Assembly (NCBI GenBank): GCA_012735395.1
Contig: JAAYHN010000280.1
Location: 1 to 48,583 of the forward strand
DNA from: Alcaligenaceae bacterium
Lineage (GTDB): Bacteria > Pseudomonadota > Gammaproteobacteria > Burkholderiales > Burkholderiaceae_B
DNA length: 48,583 nucleotides
Direction of reading: 5' to 3'
Numbering within the stretch: position 1 is the first letter of the stretch; each line of letters starts with the position of its first letter. The notes below the pieces were generated by a model that saw only the letters and a program-made list of their open reading frames with translations, was not told where the DNA came from and ran no database searches. Shown here piece after piece: positions 1-8,435 of the stretch. A program made the translations under genes and the position numbers.

Positions 1-297
1 CAGTATGCCCTTAACCAGTGGCAGGCCTTGACACGCTATCTGGATGACGGGGAAATTGAAATCGATAATAATGCGGCAGAACGGGCATTACGTGGCGTGG
101 CAATTGGTCGCAAAAATTATCTATTCCTGGGTTCGGATGCGGGTGGTGAGCGGGCGGCAACGCTTTACAGTTTGCTGGGCACGGCCAAACTGAACGGGAT
201 CAATCCCGAAGCGTACCTGCGTCATGTGCTGTCGGTGATTGCCGACTATCCGGTTAATCGCGTAGACGAGTTATTGCCTTGGCGAGTGCAGCTGTAA
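1..297 (+). CDS. tnpC: IS66-family transposase TnpC, C-terminal part (5' end outside window)
   Basis: Frame is open from base 1 (QYALNQWQALTRYLDDGEIEIDNNAAERALRGVAIGRKNYLFLGSDAGGERAA...DELLPW). The IDNN..ER, GRKNYLF and terminal LLPW motifs are IS66 hallmarks. Confidence 0.95.
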   Translation, partial: QYALNQWQALTRYLDDGEIEIDNNAAERALRGVAIGRKNYLFLGSDAGGERAATLYSLLGTAKLNGINPEAYLRHVLSVIADYPVNRVDELLPWRVQL

Positions 298-341
298 AAA
301 CAAGTTTTAAGCTGTCAATACGGTATGGGGCGGAGCATTAC
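1..341 (+). mobile_element. Right end of an IS66-family insertion sequence
   Basis: After the tnpC stop comes GTCAATACGGTATGGGGCGGAGCATTAC, ending in TTAC at 341, which matches the GTAA...TTAC ends of IS66. The next 8 bp (GACTTAAA) would be the target duplication; the other copy is not in the window. Confidence 0.8.
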
Positions 342-513
342 GACTTAAAGCAGAAATACCTAATAATGAAGCCATCGAATAAAGTGATAGGTGAACCAGT
401 TTCAATCTGATCTGACAAAATTCTTACAAAAAGGAGAGTTACCCGTTTGAATATAGGTGTCGAGTCATTATCCGATAGTCCCAACCGGATTTTCAAGGTG
501 GGTTGGGTTTACC

Positions 514-642
514 GGACTCTTACAACTCCTACGCAATTTTCTTGAACGTTTTATCTGTTAGTTCACGAATAACGGATTCATTGTTGACCAAAGCATCATA
601 GAAATGGATTTCATCTACAGTTAGCCCCATCTCCTGACCACG
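514..642 (-). pseudogene. hsdR: Remnant of type I restriction enzyme R subunit C-terminal region (DUF3387-like)
   Basis: The minus frame reads RGQEMGLTVDEIHFYDALVNNESVIRELTDKTFKKIA*EL*ES, resembling the HsdR motif GEELGL..DE..FYDAL.NNESA..EL.D..LK.IA.EL. It has two in-frame stops and no upstream helicase part. Confidence 0.7.
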
Positions 643-725
643 AAAACGGCTTTTTTGCGTCCATTTTTTCCATTTTAGACAACCATATGAGACAGTGTCC
701 AATATCCAGTTCACCAGCACCAAAC

Positions 726-755
726 TTAGACTTTAAGCAACACTTGCAGTATAAT
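726..755 (+). promoter_or_regulatory. Sigma70-like promoter for the riboswitch/TRIC transcript
   Basis: TTAGAC (726-731), 18 bp spacer, TATAAT (750-755), placed just before the first riboswitch aptamer. Confidence 0.65.
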
Positions 756-761
756 CGCCCC

Positions 762-975
762 TTCGCAGGAGAGAGGGGCTGAAATGCCTCCGCCGAAGGC
801 GCAAACTCCCATAATCGCTCAGGCATCATTACTGCGAATCAGATTCGGAAGTGGCTGTTATTTTGGTATCCAGCGCAACAACCGTAACGCCAGCTGGAGA
901 GAGGTTGCCATGCAATCCACCGAAGGGGCAAGCAGTTATTTACTGCGTAAACTCTCAGGTAAAAGGACAGGGGGA
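762..975 (+). ncRNA. Tandem glycine riboswitch (two aptamers)
   Basis: Aptamer 1: TTCGCAG-GAGAGA...CCGAAGGCGCAA...CGCTCAGG...CTGCGAA (762-838). Aptamer 2: CTGGAGAGA...CACCGAAGGGGCAA...AACTCTCAGGTAAAAGGACAG (894-970). Both carry the conserved GGAGA, CCGAAG and CTCAGG cores. Confidence 0.92.
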
Positions 976-1003
976 GAGGCAACACACTTTAAAGGATTTT
1001 CGT

Positions 1004-1624
1004 GTGCTTCTTTACATCTATCTGATCGCCATCACTGCTGAGGCCATGTCCGGAGCCCTTGCCGCAGGCCGGCGCAATATGGACATGTTTGGCGTGGCTT
1101 TTATTGCCTTTATTACCGCCCTGGGGGGCGGTACGGTACGTGATATGCTGCTGGGCAATTACCCGGTAACCTGGACCCAGCACCCGATGTATATCTACAT
1201 GACCATTTCCGCTGGCCTGTTCACCATTCTGGTTGCCCGCTATATGCACCGCCTGCACTCCATCTTCCTGCTGCTTGATGCCATGGGCCTGATTGCCTTT
1301 ACTATTATTGGCTGCAACGTTGCGCTAAGGTTGAATTACAGCCCCACCGTTGTGGTTATGGCAGGCATTACAACGGGTATATTTGGCGGTATTTTGCGCG
1401 ATATCCTGTGCAACCGTACACCCATGGTGCTGCGCAAAGAACTGTATGCCAGCGTATCCCTGCTGGTTGCCATTCTTTACCTGTGCCTGCTCCATTTTGG
1501 CGTCAACCATGACATCAACCTGCTGGCCTCGTTTGGTTTTGGCCTGAGCCTGCGGCTGGCGGCAATCCGCTGGGGCTGGACATTACCCATGTTTTCTTAT
1601 GCCCCGGGGCGTTGGGGTGAGTGA
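1004..1624 (+). CDS. UPF0126/TRIC-family membrane protein (YicG-like), probable glycine transporter
   Basis: GTG start at 1004 after AAGGA. MLLYIYLIAITAEAMSGALAAGRRNMD...GGGTVRD and the second repeat GGILRD. The longer ORF start at 851 lies inside the riboswitch. Confidence 0.9.
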   Translation: MLLYIYLIAITAEAMSGALAAGRRNMDMFGVAFIAFITALGGGTVRDMLLGNYPVTWTQHPMYIYMTISAGLFTILVARYMHRLHSIFLLLDAMGLIAFTIIGCNVALRLNYSPTVVVMAGITTGIFGGILRDILCNRTPMVLRKELYASVSLLVAILYLCLLHFGVNHDINLLASFGFGLSLRLAAIRWGWTLPMFSYAPGRWGE

Positions 1625-2985
1625 CTGGCAAAAAAGGTAATACACACCTTTAACCCGCCCAGCGCAGAAGGTTCCGCCCTGACCTGCCCGCCATAAGCCG
1701 TCACCAGCTCCCTGACAATATCAAGCCCCAGGCCTGATCCGGGCGTATTTTCATCTGTGCGCACACCGCGCCTGAAAATACGCTCATATTCATCGGCCGA
1801 CAAACCCCGGCCATTATCCTCTACCACGATTTCCGTAAACCCACCGTGGCTTGACGCACTCACAAGCACCCGGCTCGCCGTCCATTTGCAGGCATTATCA
1901 ATCACATTGCCCACCATTTCATGCAAATCACGCTCATCGCCCATGAAGAAAATATCATCAGGCAGATGTGCCGTATCAAAGGAGATGTTTTTTTCGGCAT
2001 ACAGGCGCTGCATGACTCTTAGCAGTCCATTAACTACATCGGCAATGTTAACCCGTGCGCCGCCAATACTCCCTGCCCCCTTGCCATGGGTTCTGTTCAA
2101 ATGATAATTCACCTGATGTAGGGCGGTTTTAACCTGTTCTTTTACCAGCACAGCCAGCTCTGACGGCTCATGCCGGGCCGCATTGGTAATAATGGTTAAC
2201 GGGGTTTTTATGGCATGCGCCAGATTACTGGCCTGTGTGCGGGCGCGCTCAACCCCTTTTTCATTTAAAGAAAGAACCGCATTAAAGTCACTAACCAGCA
2301 ACTGTACTTCTGCCGGATAATTTCCCTCTATGCGGGCTGTTTTGCCTTCATGAATATTAGCCAGCCCTTTACGTAAACGTTCAAACGGCCGCAAACCCAG
2401 GTACAGCTGCAGGCACACTGCCGTGATAAGCCCAGCCGCCAGCATAAACAGGGCGATGATCAGGATTTTTGTAAACTGCGCAATGGGTTCCAGCACTATT
2501 TTTTGCTCTACTGCCATCGTTATTTGTAGCGGCACTTCATTTTGGGAAGACAACAGAATCATTCGTCTGACCGCAAACAAAGGAACATTATCCGGTCCAT
2601 TCACGGCCTGCAGGTCTGCCTCATCCCGGCTTACGTGCATTTCCGTGGGCAAAACCGTATCCCACAACGAGCGTGAGCGCAAACGCCCCTCTGCCATGAT
2701 TTTTCTGTCTTGACCAATACGGTCAATTTGCCAGTACAAACCGGATAAAGGGGCATTAAAGCGGGGGTCGGTTAAATCCTGGAACACCTGCGGGTTATCT
2801 TTTTCATCCAGTGTCACCAGGGCAATCAGTTGATTAAGATGGATCTGTAAATTATCGGCCTGCTGATGGATAACGTGATGTTTGAATAAAGACTGCAACC
2901 CCCAGCCAGCCAGTACCAGGGCAACAATAACCCATATAACCGTACCCACCAGCAAACGCGAGCGCAGCGAAGATAAAAAAGACAT
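1597..2985 (-). CDS. Sensor histidine kinase (PhoQ/FeuQ/BqsS-like)
   Basis: Two TM segments, SGLYWQ periplasmic motif, H-box NLAHAIKTPL, N-box GNVIDNACKW, G-boxes EDNGRG and GSGLGL. Confidence 0.92.
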   Translation of the reverse strand: MSFLSSLRSRLLVGTVIWVIVALVLAGWGLQSLFKHHVIHQQADNLQIHLNQLIALVTLDEKDNPQVFQDLTDPRFNAPLSGLYWQIDRIGQDRKIMAEGRLRSRSLWDTVLPTEMHVSRDEADLQAVNGPDNVPLFAVRRMILLSSQNEVPLQITMAVEQKIVLEPIAQFTKILIIALFMLAAGLITAVCLQLYLGLRPFERLRKGLANIHEGKTARIEGNYPAEVQLLVSDFNAVLSLNEKGVERARTQASNLAHAIKTPLTIITNAARHEPSELAVLVKEQVKTALHQVNYHLNRTHGKGAGSIGGARVNIADVVNGLLRVMQRLYAEKNISFDTAHLPDDIFFMGDERDLHEMVGNVIDNACKWTASRVLVSASSHGGFTEIVVEDNGRGLSADEYERIFRRGVRTDENTPGSGLGLDIVRELVTAYGGQVRAEPSALGGLKVCITFFASHSPQRPGA

Positions 2986-2994
2986 AAGCAAATA

Positions 2995-3657
2995 CTACGC
3001 CTGTACGGTTAAACGGTATCCCAGCCCACGCACGGTTTCAATCGTATCAACCGGCAGTTTTTTACGTAAACGCGCCACAAAAACATCGATGGTATTTGAA
3101 TCACGTTCGGAATCATGCTCATAAATATGCTCCATCAGGGTTGTGCGGGAAATCACTTCCCCTTGATGATGCATTAAAAATGCAATCACCATGTATTCAT
3201 GACTGGTTAACGTTAATGGATGACCATCCAGCATCAGCCTTGTATTACGGGTATCCAGCGTAAGACGGCCACACGCCAGCATGGCGCTGGCATGCCCGGC
3301 AGAGCGCCGCAGCAAGGCCCTTAAACGGGCCAGCAGCTCTTCGGAATGGAAAGGTTTGGTTAAGTAATCATCGGCCCCGGCATCAATTCCCGTGACTTTT
3401 TCATACCAGTTATCCCGTGCCGTTAATATAAGTACCGGCATTTTATGCCCCGCTTCCCGCCATTTTTTTAACACGGAAATACCATCCATTTCAGGCAGGC
3501 CAAGGTCAAGAATAACCGCATCAAAGGCTTCAACATCGCCCAGAAACCAGGCATCCCGGCCATTATCGGCATGGGAAACCACATAAGCGGCCGTACTTAG
3601 CGTGCTTTTCAGCTGCTCGGCCAGGGTTAACTCATCTTCAACCAGTAATATCCGCAT
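2995..3657 (-). CDS. OmpR-family response regulator (PhoP/FeuP/BqsR-like)
   Basis: MRILLVEDE, LDLGLP, LTARD, GADDYLTKPF and winged-helix end TVRGLGY. Confidence 0.95.
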   Translation of the reverse strand: MRILLVEDELTLAEQLKSTLSTAAYVVSHADNGRDAWFLGDVEAFDAVILDLGLPEMDGISVLKKWREAGHKMPVLILTARDNWYEKVTGIDAGADDYLTKPFHSEELLARLRALLRRSAGHASAMLACGRLTLDTRNTRLMLDGHPLTLTSHEYMVIAFLMHHQGEVISRTTLMEHIYEHDSERDSNTIDVFVARLRKKLPVDTIETVRGLGYRLTVQA

Positions 3658-3662
3658 GCCTG

Positions 3663-4001
3663 TCAGTCCTCATCCACGTCAAGTATCCGGCCACTGCTGG
3701 CATCCACTTCCAGCTCAATGCGACGCCCGGAAGGCTGCAGGATTTTAATTTCATAAACCCAGCTTTCACCGTCGTCGTCATCATCGTCATGATCCAGCTC
3801 TACCTTGATGACTTCACCCGCATGCGTTTGCCCGATTATTTTCAATATGGTACGCAAAGGCAAAATTTTACCGGCTTGCACGGCACGTTGCGCCTCTTCA
3901 TGATCGTCATCGGCCAAGACCGTGGATGGCCCCCAGCCCGCTATTATCAGGAATAAAACACCCACTGCGGACAATAGCCCTTTTTTTAAACGTATCACCA
4001 T
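3663..4001 (-). CDS. Exported PepSY-domain protein
   Basis: Signal peptide followed by GKILPL...KVELD...VYEIKIL...ELEVDASSGRIL, with an Asp-rich loop. Confidence 0.85.
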   Translation of the reverse strand: MVIRLKKGLLSAVGVLFLIIAGWGPSTVLADDDHEEAQRAVQAGKILPLRTILKIIGQTHAGEVIKVELDHDDDDDDGESWVYEIKILQPSGRRIELEVDASSGRILDVDED

Positions 4002-4054
4002 GTATCCCGTAAAAAATCTCCATGAAAACCAACTGGCATTATGCGCCTTTATAC

Positions 4055-4103
4055 CAGAACAAACATGAACGGTTCATGAACAAACGCTTCAGATTCAGTT
4101 CAT
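4055..4103. promoter_or_regulatory. Candidate response-regulator direct-repeat boxes between divergent PepSY genes
   Basis: CAGAAC-aaaca-TGAAC (4055-4070) and TTCAG-attcag-TTCAT (4088-4103) are oppositely oriented TGAA/TTCA repeats at 10-11 bp spacing, typical of OmpR-family sites. Confidence 0.5.
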
Positions 4104-4185
4104 ATACCCCCAGGCATAATGACAGCATGTTCAGGTCAGGTAACACCAAAACCTTAATTTCTTACTATTTATGGAGTTATATTTT

Positions 4186-4494
4186 ATGAAAAGCTTAGCC
4201 TATACCACATCACGTTTAATGTTAAGTGCCGCTTTAATTGGAGCGGGCACTTTCTCTACACTAGCACTGGCCGATGATGACCTGCGCAAATACCATGCTT
4301 CTCCGGCTAAAAATATATTAAGCACTAAACAGGTTGTCAATATCCTGGAAAAAAATGGCTATAAACGCATCCACGATATTGAGCTGGATGATGGTTTATA
4401 TGAAGCCGAAGCCTATAACAGAAAAGGCCAGGAGGTGGATATCAAGCTTCATCCCGTCAGTGGCAAAATTCTTCGTGTAAAAATTGACGATTAA
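4186..4494 (+). CDS. Exported PepSY-domain protein
   Basis: ATG at 4186 after GGAG. Signal peptide ends ALA; LEKNGYKRIHDIELDDGLYEAEA...HPVSGKIL. Confidence 0.85.
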   Translation: MKSLAYTTSRLMLSAALIGAGTFSTLALADDDLRKYHASPAKNILSTKQVVNILEKNGYKRIHDIELDDGLYEAEAYNRKGQEVDIKLHPVSGKILRVKIDD

Positions 4495-4519
4495 CACCAA
4501 AAACCGGCTTCCTGTTTAA

Positions 4520-4572
4520 ATGCCCGTTATCTGAACGCACTTGGGGATTGGGTGGCGTCAGGCAACGGGCAT
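4520..4572. terminator. Long hairpin between convergent genes, probable terminator
   Basis: ATGCCCGTT...AACGGGCAT outer stem with inner CTGA/TCAG pairing. U-tracts are weak. Confidence 0.5.
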
Positions 4573-4594
4573 CTATTGCGTTTTTTAATTGTAC

Positions 4595-5800
4595 TTATGC
4601 GGCTTTTTCCATCAAGGCCTGCTCAACGTTGTAACGGAATAACCAATCATAACGCTCTTTCACTTTAGCCGGCGTCCATTCACGGCTAACGTAGGCAGCA
4701 GCCCCTGTGGCATTTGCCAGTTCCGGGTTATGAAAGCGACGGCCATTTTCGGTCGATTTTTCCACAATTTGCGTACACCGTTCCAGGCGGGCCCGTTCAA
4801 AAGCCTGTAACGCTTTTTCAACGCTCCCGTTTTGCGCCAACGCATCGGCAATAACATAACCGTCTTCAATCGCCATGCCTGCTCCCTGGGCAAGGAATGG
4901 CAAAGTGGGATGTGCCGCGTCTCCCAGTAAGGCAATCCGGCCTTTCACCCATTTTTCCAGGGGGCGTCGCCCCATAAGTGCCCATTTAAAAGGGATATCG
5001 ATATTGGCGATCATGCTGTGTATATCGTCATGCCACCCGGCAAAATCGTTATGGCATTCTTCGTGACTGCCTTCACTTGTCCAGGACTCGACTGTCCAGT
5101 CATCCCGCTCCAGAATACCGACGAAGTTCATTAATTCGCCGCCATGAAGCGTATAGTTAATAACATGCCCGCCAGGACCCACCCAGTTCACGCCAGCATT
5201 ACGACGCAAATGGGCGGGAAGCTTATCCACGGGAATCACGCCTCGCCAGGCCATGCAGCCTGAAAACTCTGCCCGGTCTTCGCCAAAATGCTGGTTGCGG
5301 ATGGGTGAATGCACCCCATCCGCGGCAATCATGGCCTGACCGCGATAGCTGGGTCCGTCTTCTGTCGTTGCCAGGACGGCATCCCCTTCTTGCGTGACAC
5401 TCTTGACACGTGCCCCCAGAACAATCACGCCCGGCTGTTGTTGCTCTACCGCCTGATACAGAACCCGATGCAAGTCGGGCCGGTAAATCATGAAATAAGG
5501 ATAACCATAGCGTTCCAGGCAATCCGCCCCAAGATCGAATAATTTCCATGTTTGTCCAGTGTTCCACAAACGGATTTCTTTGCCCATGGGCGCCACCGCG
5601 ACCGCTTTCAGCGCTTGCTCCAGGCCCAGGTTAAACAGGGCCCGCAACACATTGGGACTCAACTGCAACCCAGCCCCCACTTCCTTGAGTTCCGATGCCT
5701 GTTCAAGCACCTGAACCTCAAAACCCTTCCTGAGCAAGGCCAAGGCGGCTGTCAGGCCACCTATACCTGCGCCACTGATCAGTATTTTTTCTCCACTCAT
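4595..5800 (-). CDS. FAD-dependent aromatic monooxygenase (salicylate/3-hydroxybenzoate/hydroxypyridine hydroxylase group)
   Basis: Start at 5800 after AAGGAA. GAGIGG Rossmann motif, AADGVHS (DG motif) and LLGDAAHPTLPFLAQGAGMAIED (GD motif). Confidence 0.88.
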   Translation of the reverse strand: MSGEKILISGAGIGGLTAALALLRKGFEVQVLEQASELKEVGAGLQLSPNVLRALFNLGLEQALKAVAVAPMGKEIRLWNTGQTWKLFDLGADCLERYGYPYFMIYRPDLHRVLYQAVEQQQPGVIVLGARVKSVTQEGDAVLATTEDGPSYRGQAMIAADGVHSPIRNQHFGEDRAEFSGCMAWRGVIPVDKLPAHLRRNAGVNWVGPGGHVINYTLHGGELMNFVGILERDDWTVESWTSEGSHEECHNDFAGWHDDIHSMIANIDIPFKWALMGRRPLEKWVKGRIALLGDAAHPTLPFLAQGAGMAIEDGYVIADALAQNGSVEKALQAFERARLERCTQIVEKSTENGRRFHNPELANATGAAAYVSREWTPAKVKERYDWLFRYNVEQALMEKAA

Positions 5801-5810
5801 TATTTTTCCT

Positions 5811-6791
5811 TTATTTGCCTTCCAGTTTCTTGGCATCAATAAGCTGCCCCCACCGTTTACGCTCTGCATTGGCGAAGGTTTCAAGATCCTGACGGCTGCC
5901 CGGTGTCGGATGCAGATAAGCCGTTGCCATCAAGGCTTTTACGTTCGTATTTTCAAGCGCATCATTCAGCCAGCCATTGAGCATATCCAGCGTTTTTGCA
6001 TCCGTTCCCTTGGGCGCATAAAGCGCAAACCAGGTATTGGCTTCAAAACCCTCCAGGCCCTGGCCGTCCATTGCCGGAATGTTTTCCAGACCCTTTACGG
6101 ACTCCTGCGTTGTGACGCCCAGGGCCCTTAATCTTTTACCCTCTACCTGAGGCATCGGTGCGGTGGGTGTGTCCAGCAGAAAATCAATATTGCCCCCAAT
6201 CAGGGCGGAAATGGCGGGCGCTGCTCCTTTGAAAGGTATATGTGTGGCTTCAATGCCTGCTTCCGCCAGAAAAAGCTCTGAAATAAGATGAGGCGCACTG
6301 CCATTGCCCGGACTGCCAAAATTGAGTGCACCGGGACTCTTGCGTGCTTTTTCAAGAAGATCATTCAGCCCGTCATACTTTGACTCACTATTGACCACCA
6401 GGATCAAGGGCTGTGAAGCGATACGGCCAATGGGTTCAAAATCGGTTTCCGGGTCGAAGGTAACCGTATTTCGGTAAATGTGTGGTGCCAGCACATTGGC
6501 ACTCAGGCCGCCAAACAGCAGGGTATAACCATCGGCCGGTGCCTTGGCAACTTTGGATGAACCGATGACCGTACCGGCGCCCGGTACATTTTCCACCATA
6601 AAGGTTTGCCCGGTGATATTTTGCAAGGCTTGCGCCATGATGCGCGCGGTAGAGTCAGTCGCACCACCTGGCGAATAAGGAACAACGATGGTAACCGGTT
6701 TTTCGGGATAAGCGGCCACGGCAGTACCGGGCACGCTCAAAGAAGTGATGACTGCCGCACTAAGCGACATGACGAGTTTGTTTTGTTTCAC
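5811..6791 (-). CDS. Bug/TctC tripartite tricarboxylate transporter substrate-binding protein
   Basis: GTG at 6791 after GGAG. Signal peptide, YPEKPVTIVVPYSPGGATD, ENVPGAG, APADGYTLL and HIPFKGAAPA. Confidence 0.92.
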   Translation of the reverse strand: MKQNKLVMSLSAAVITSLSVPGTAVAAYPEKPVTIVVPYSPGGATDSTARIMAQALQNITGQTFMVENVPGAGTVIGSSKVAKAPADGYTLLFGGLSANVLAPHIYRNTVTFDPETDFEPIGRIASQPLILVVNSESKYDGLNDLLEKARKSPGALNFGSPGNGSAPHLISELFLAEAGIEATHIPFKGAAPAISALIGGNIDFLLDTPTAPMPQVEGKRLRALGVTTQESVKGLENIPAMDGQGLEGFEANTWFALYAPKGTDAKTLDMLNGWLNDALENTNVKALMATAYLHPTPGSRQDLETFANAERKRWGQLIDAKKLEGK

Positions 6792-6926
6792 GCTGAGATC
6801 TCCAGATATGCCGTTCTTTTGCGGCCGTTTTTCTTTGGGTTGTAATAAGTGGTTTACTATACCAGCAAACAAACAATTGTTTATAATCAATAATTAATAG
6901 ATTAAACACTTTTTATTGTTAATTGA

Positions 6927-7877
6927 ATGAATATCAATACACGCCAGCTGCACGCCTTTATTCTCGTGTGCGAACACCGCAGCTTCACCAAAGCGGCAGA
7001 ACATATGTACATCACGCAATCGGGACTGAGCGCTTTGGTACGGGAGCTTGAAACACAGCTTGATTTCCGTTTATTCGAACGCACGACACGGTCTGTCATG
7101 CTGACCGAAGCGGGGCAACGTTTTTACAGCGTTGCAAGGGAAGTGCGGCAAAACCTGGAAAGCAATGTCAGCCATATTGCCCGTATAGTGGCTGGCCAGC
7201 AACGCAGCCTGCGCATTGCCGCAAGCCCTATAATGGTGGCAGGTATCCTGCCCGATGTCTTGCAACACCATTTGAGCCGGTATCCTGATGACATTATTGA
7301 ACTGCTGGATGTCTCCCGCAGTGAGGTACTGCCCGAGGTAGAAAAAGGAGAGGCGGACCTTGGCCTGGGGATATTCTTCCGCCCTATTAGCGGCATACGC
7401 CTGCATCGCCTGTTTTCATCGTCCCTGATGCTTCTCTCCCGGCAAGACAGCCCGACACCAGAGACCCGCCCGGAACCGGAGGTGATCGAACCCGCCGCTA
7501 TTGCTTCGCTACCCTTGATCCGATTGCAGCAAAACAACCCTTTTCAGCAATGGGTGGATGACCGTTTGCAGGCCGTGGGCAATACGACCCCCGACATCAG
7601 CCCCGGCATGCGCTTTCGCAATATTGAAAGCTGTATTGCCATGGTGGAAATAGGTAGCGGCCATTTTGTGGCGCCGGATTTCGTTGCCCCCATATGCAGA
7701 CGCTATAACGTGAAATCAAGGCGTATCCGGCTGGACAATGCCGGTGTGGATTTTTATGCGATAGCAAGAACCGGCACTGAATTGGGGCCGGTGGCCCCGG
7801 ACTTTATTGAGAGTTTTCTGTCTGTGGTGATGGATAAGCGTATTGGTGAAAAACACGCAGCAGGCGGTTTGTATTAA
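6927..7877 (+). CDS. LysR-family transcriptional regulator
   Basis: SFTKAAEHMYITQSGLSALVRELE...LFERTTRSVMLTEAG. Divergent from the Bug gene, with an ATC-N11-GAT dyad at 6886-6902. Confidence 0.95.
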   Translation: MNINTRQLHAFILVCEHRSFTKAAEHMYITQSGLSALVRELETQLDFRLFERTTRSVMLTEAGQRFYSVAREVRQNLESNVSHIARIVAGQQRSLRIAASPIMVAGILPDVLQHHLSRYPDDIIELLDVSRSEVLPEVEKGEADLGLGIFFRPISGIRLHRLFSSSLMLLSRQDSPTPETRPEPEVIEPAAIASLPLIRLQQNNPFQQWVDDRLQAVGNTTPDISPGMRFRNIESCIAMVEIGSGHFVAPDFVAPICRRYNVKSRRIRLDNAGVDFYAIARTGTELGPVAPDFIESFLSVVMDKRIGEKHAAGGLY

Positions 7878-8017
7878 ATTTTGCAGGCATCGCCGCAGTC
7901 ATTATCAGCCTCGGGTACGCTTTCATCCAGTTGCTGGATGCGCTCGGCATTTTTCTTTTCAATAGCATCAAAATCTATATCGTCAAATGCCGCTTCAAAA
8001 TCCATTTCATTGCTCAT
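7874..8017 (-). CDS. Unannotated 47-aa acidic protein with C-terminal CGDACKI
   Basis: CAGGAG-ccacc-ATG, then MSNEMDFEAAFDDIDFDAIEKKNAERIQQLDESVPEADNDCGDACKI*. The stop overlaps the lysR stop (TTAA). It is below the ORF-track length cutoff. Confidence 0.8.
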   Translation of the reverse strand: MSNEMDFEAAFDDIDFDAIEKKNAERIQQLDESVPEADNDCGDACKI

Positions 8018-8096
8018 GGTGGCTCCTGTTATTTGGTTTTTCAAAACGCCATTTTAAAACACATGGGCTTGAATGTCCCAAAAACCCGACCAATAC

Positions 8097-8435
8097 CTAT
8101 TCATCAACGGGTTCCAGCACCAGTATGACATCGTCCCTTTCACTGGCCACTGCCCTGAAAATATCAATCAGGCCTTCATAATAAATTTCACCCAGGACAC
8201 TCGCACTACTGGCATGATCAAGCCAGACTATTTTGAATGGCCCTTTGACATCGGCGCTTAAACTGTCATAAAGCGCATCCAGGTTCCGCCCGAAATACAG
8301 GGGTAACTTCAGGTTTTCCTGCAATAAGTCATAAACCTCATCAATATTGGAAATGTTGCACAACTCACACACCTTGACGCGATAGGTTTGCTTGCTGCGC
8401 TTTCCTGAGGAGCGAAAAGAAGCCTTTATTGACAT
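8097..8435 (-). CDS. Barstar-family ribonuclease inhibitor
   Basis: LKLPLYFGRNLDALYDSL matches barstar LALPEYYGENLDALWD. Its start overlaps the end of the RNase gene. Confidence 0.92.
   Translation of the reverse strand: MSIKASFRSSGKRSKQTYRVKVCELCNISNIDEVYDLLQENLKLPLYFGRNLDALYDSLSADVKGPFKIVWLDHASSASVLGEIYYEGLIDIFRAVASERDDVILVLEPVDE

Noticed and set aside
342-513. Possible end of a second mobile element (GGTAAACCCAACCCACC... on the minus strand) at the hsdR breakpoint
   Set aside because: No matching inverted repeat or transposase is in the window, so I cannot assign it to a family.
851-1003. N-terminal extension of the TRIC ORF and the ORFs at 784-1041 and 611-829
   Set aside because: They overlap the glycine riboswitch and have no protein-like motifs.
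7931-8261. Plus-strand ORFs of 62-65 aa between lysR and barstar
   Set aside because: They are antisense to barstar and to the better-supported 47-aa minus-strand ORF, which has a clear RBS.
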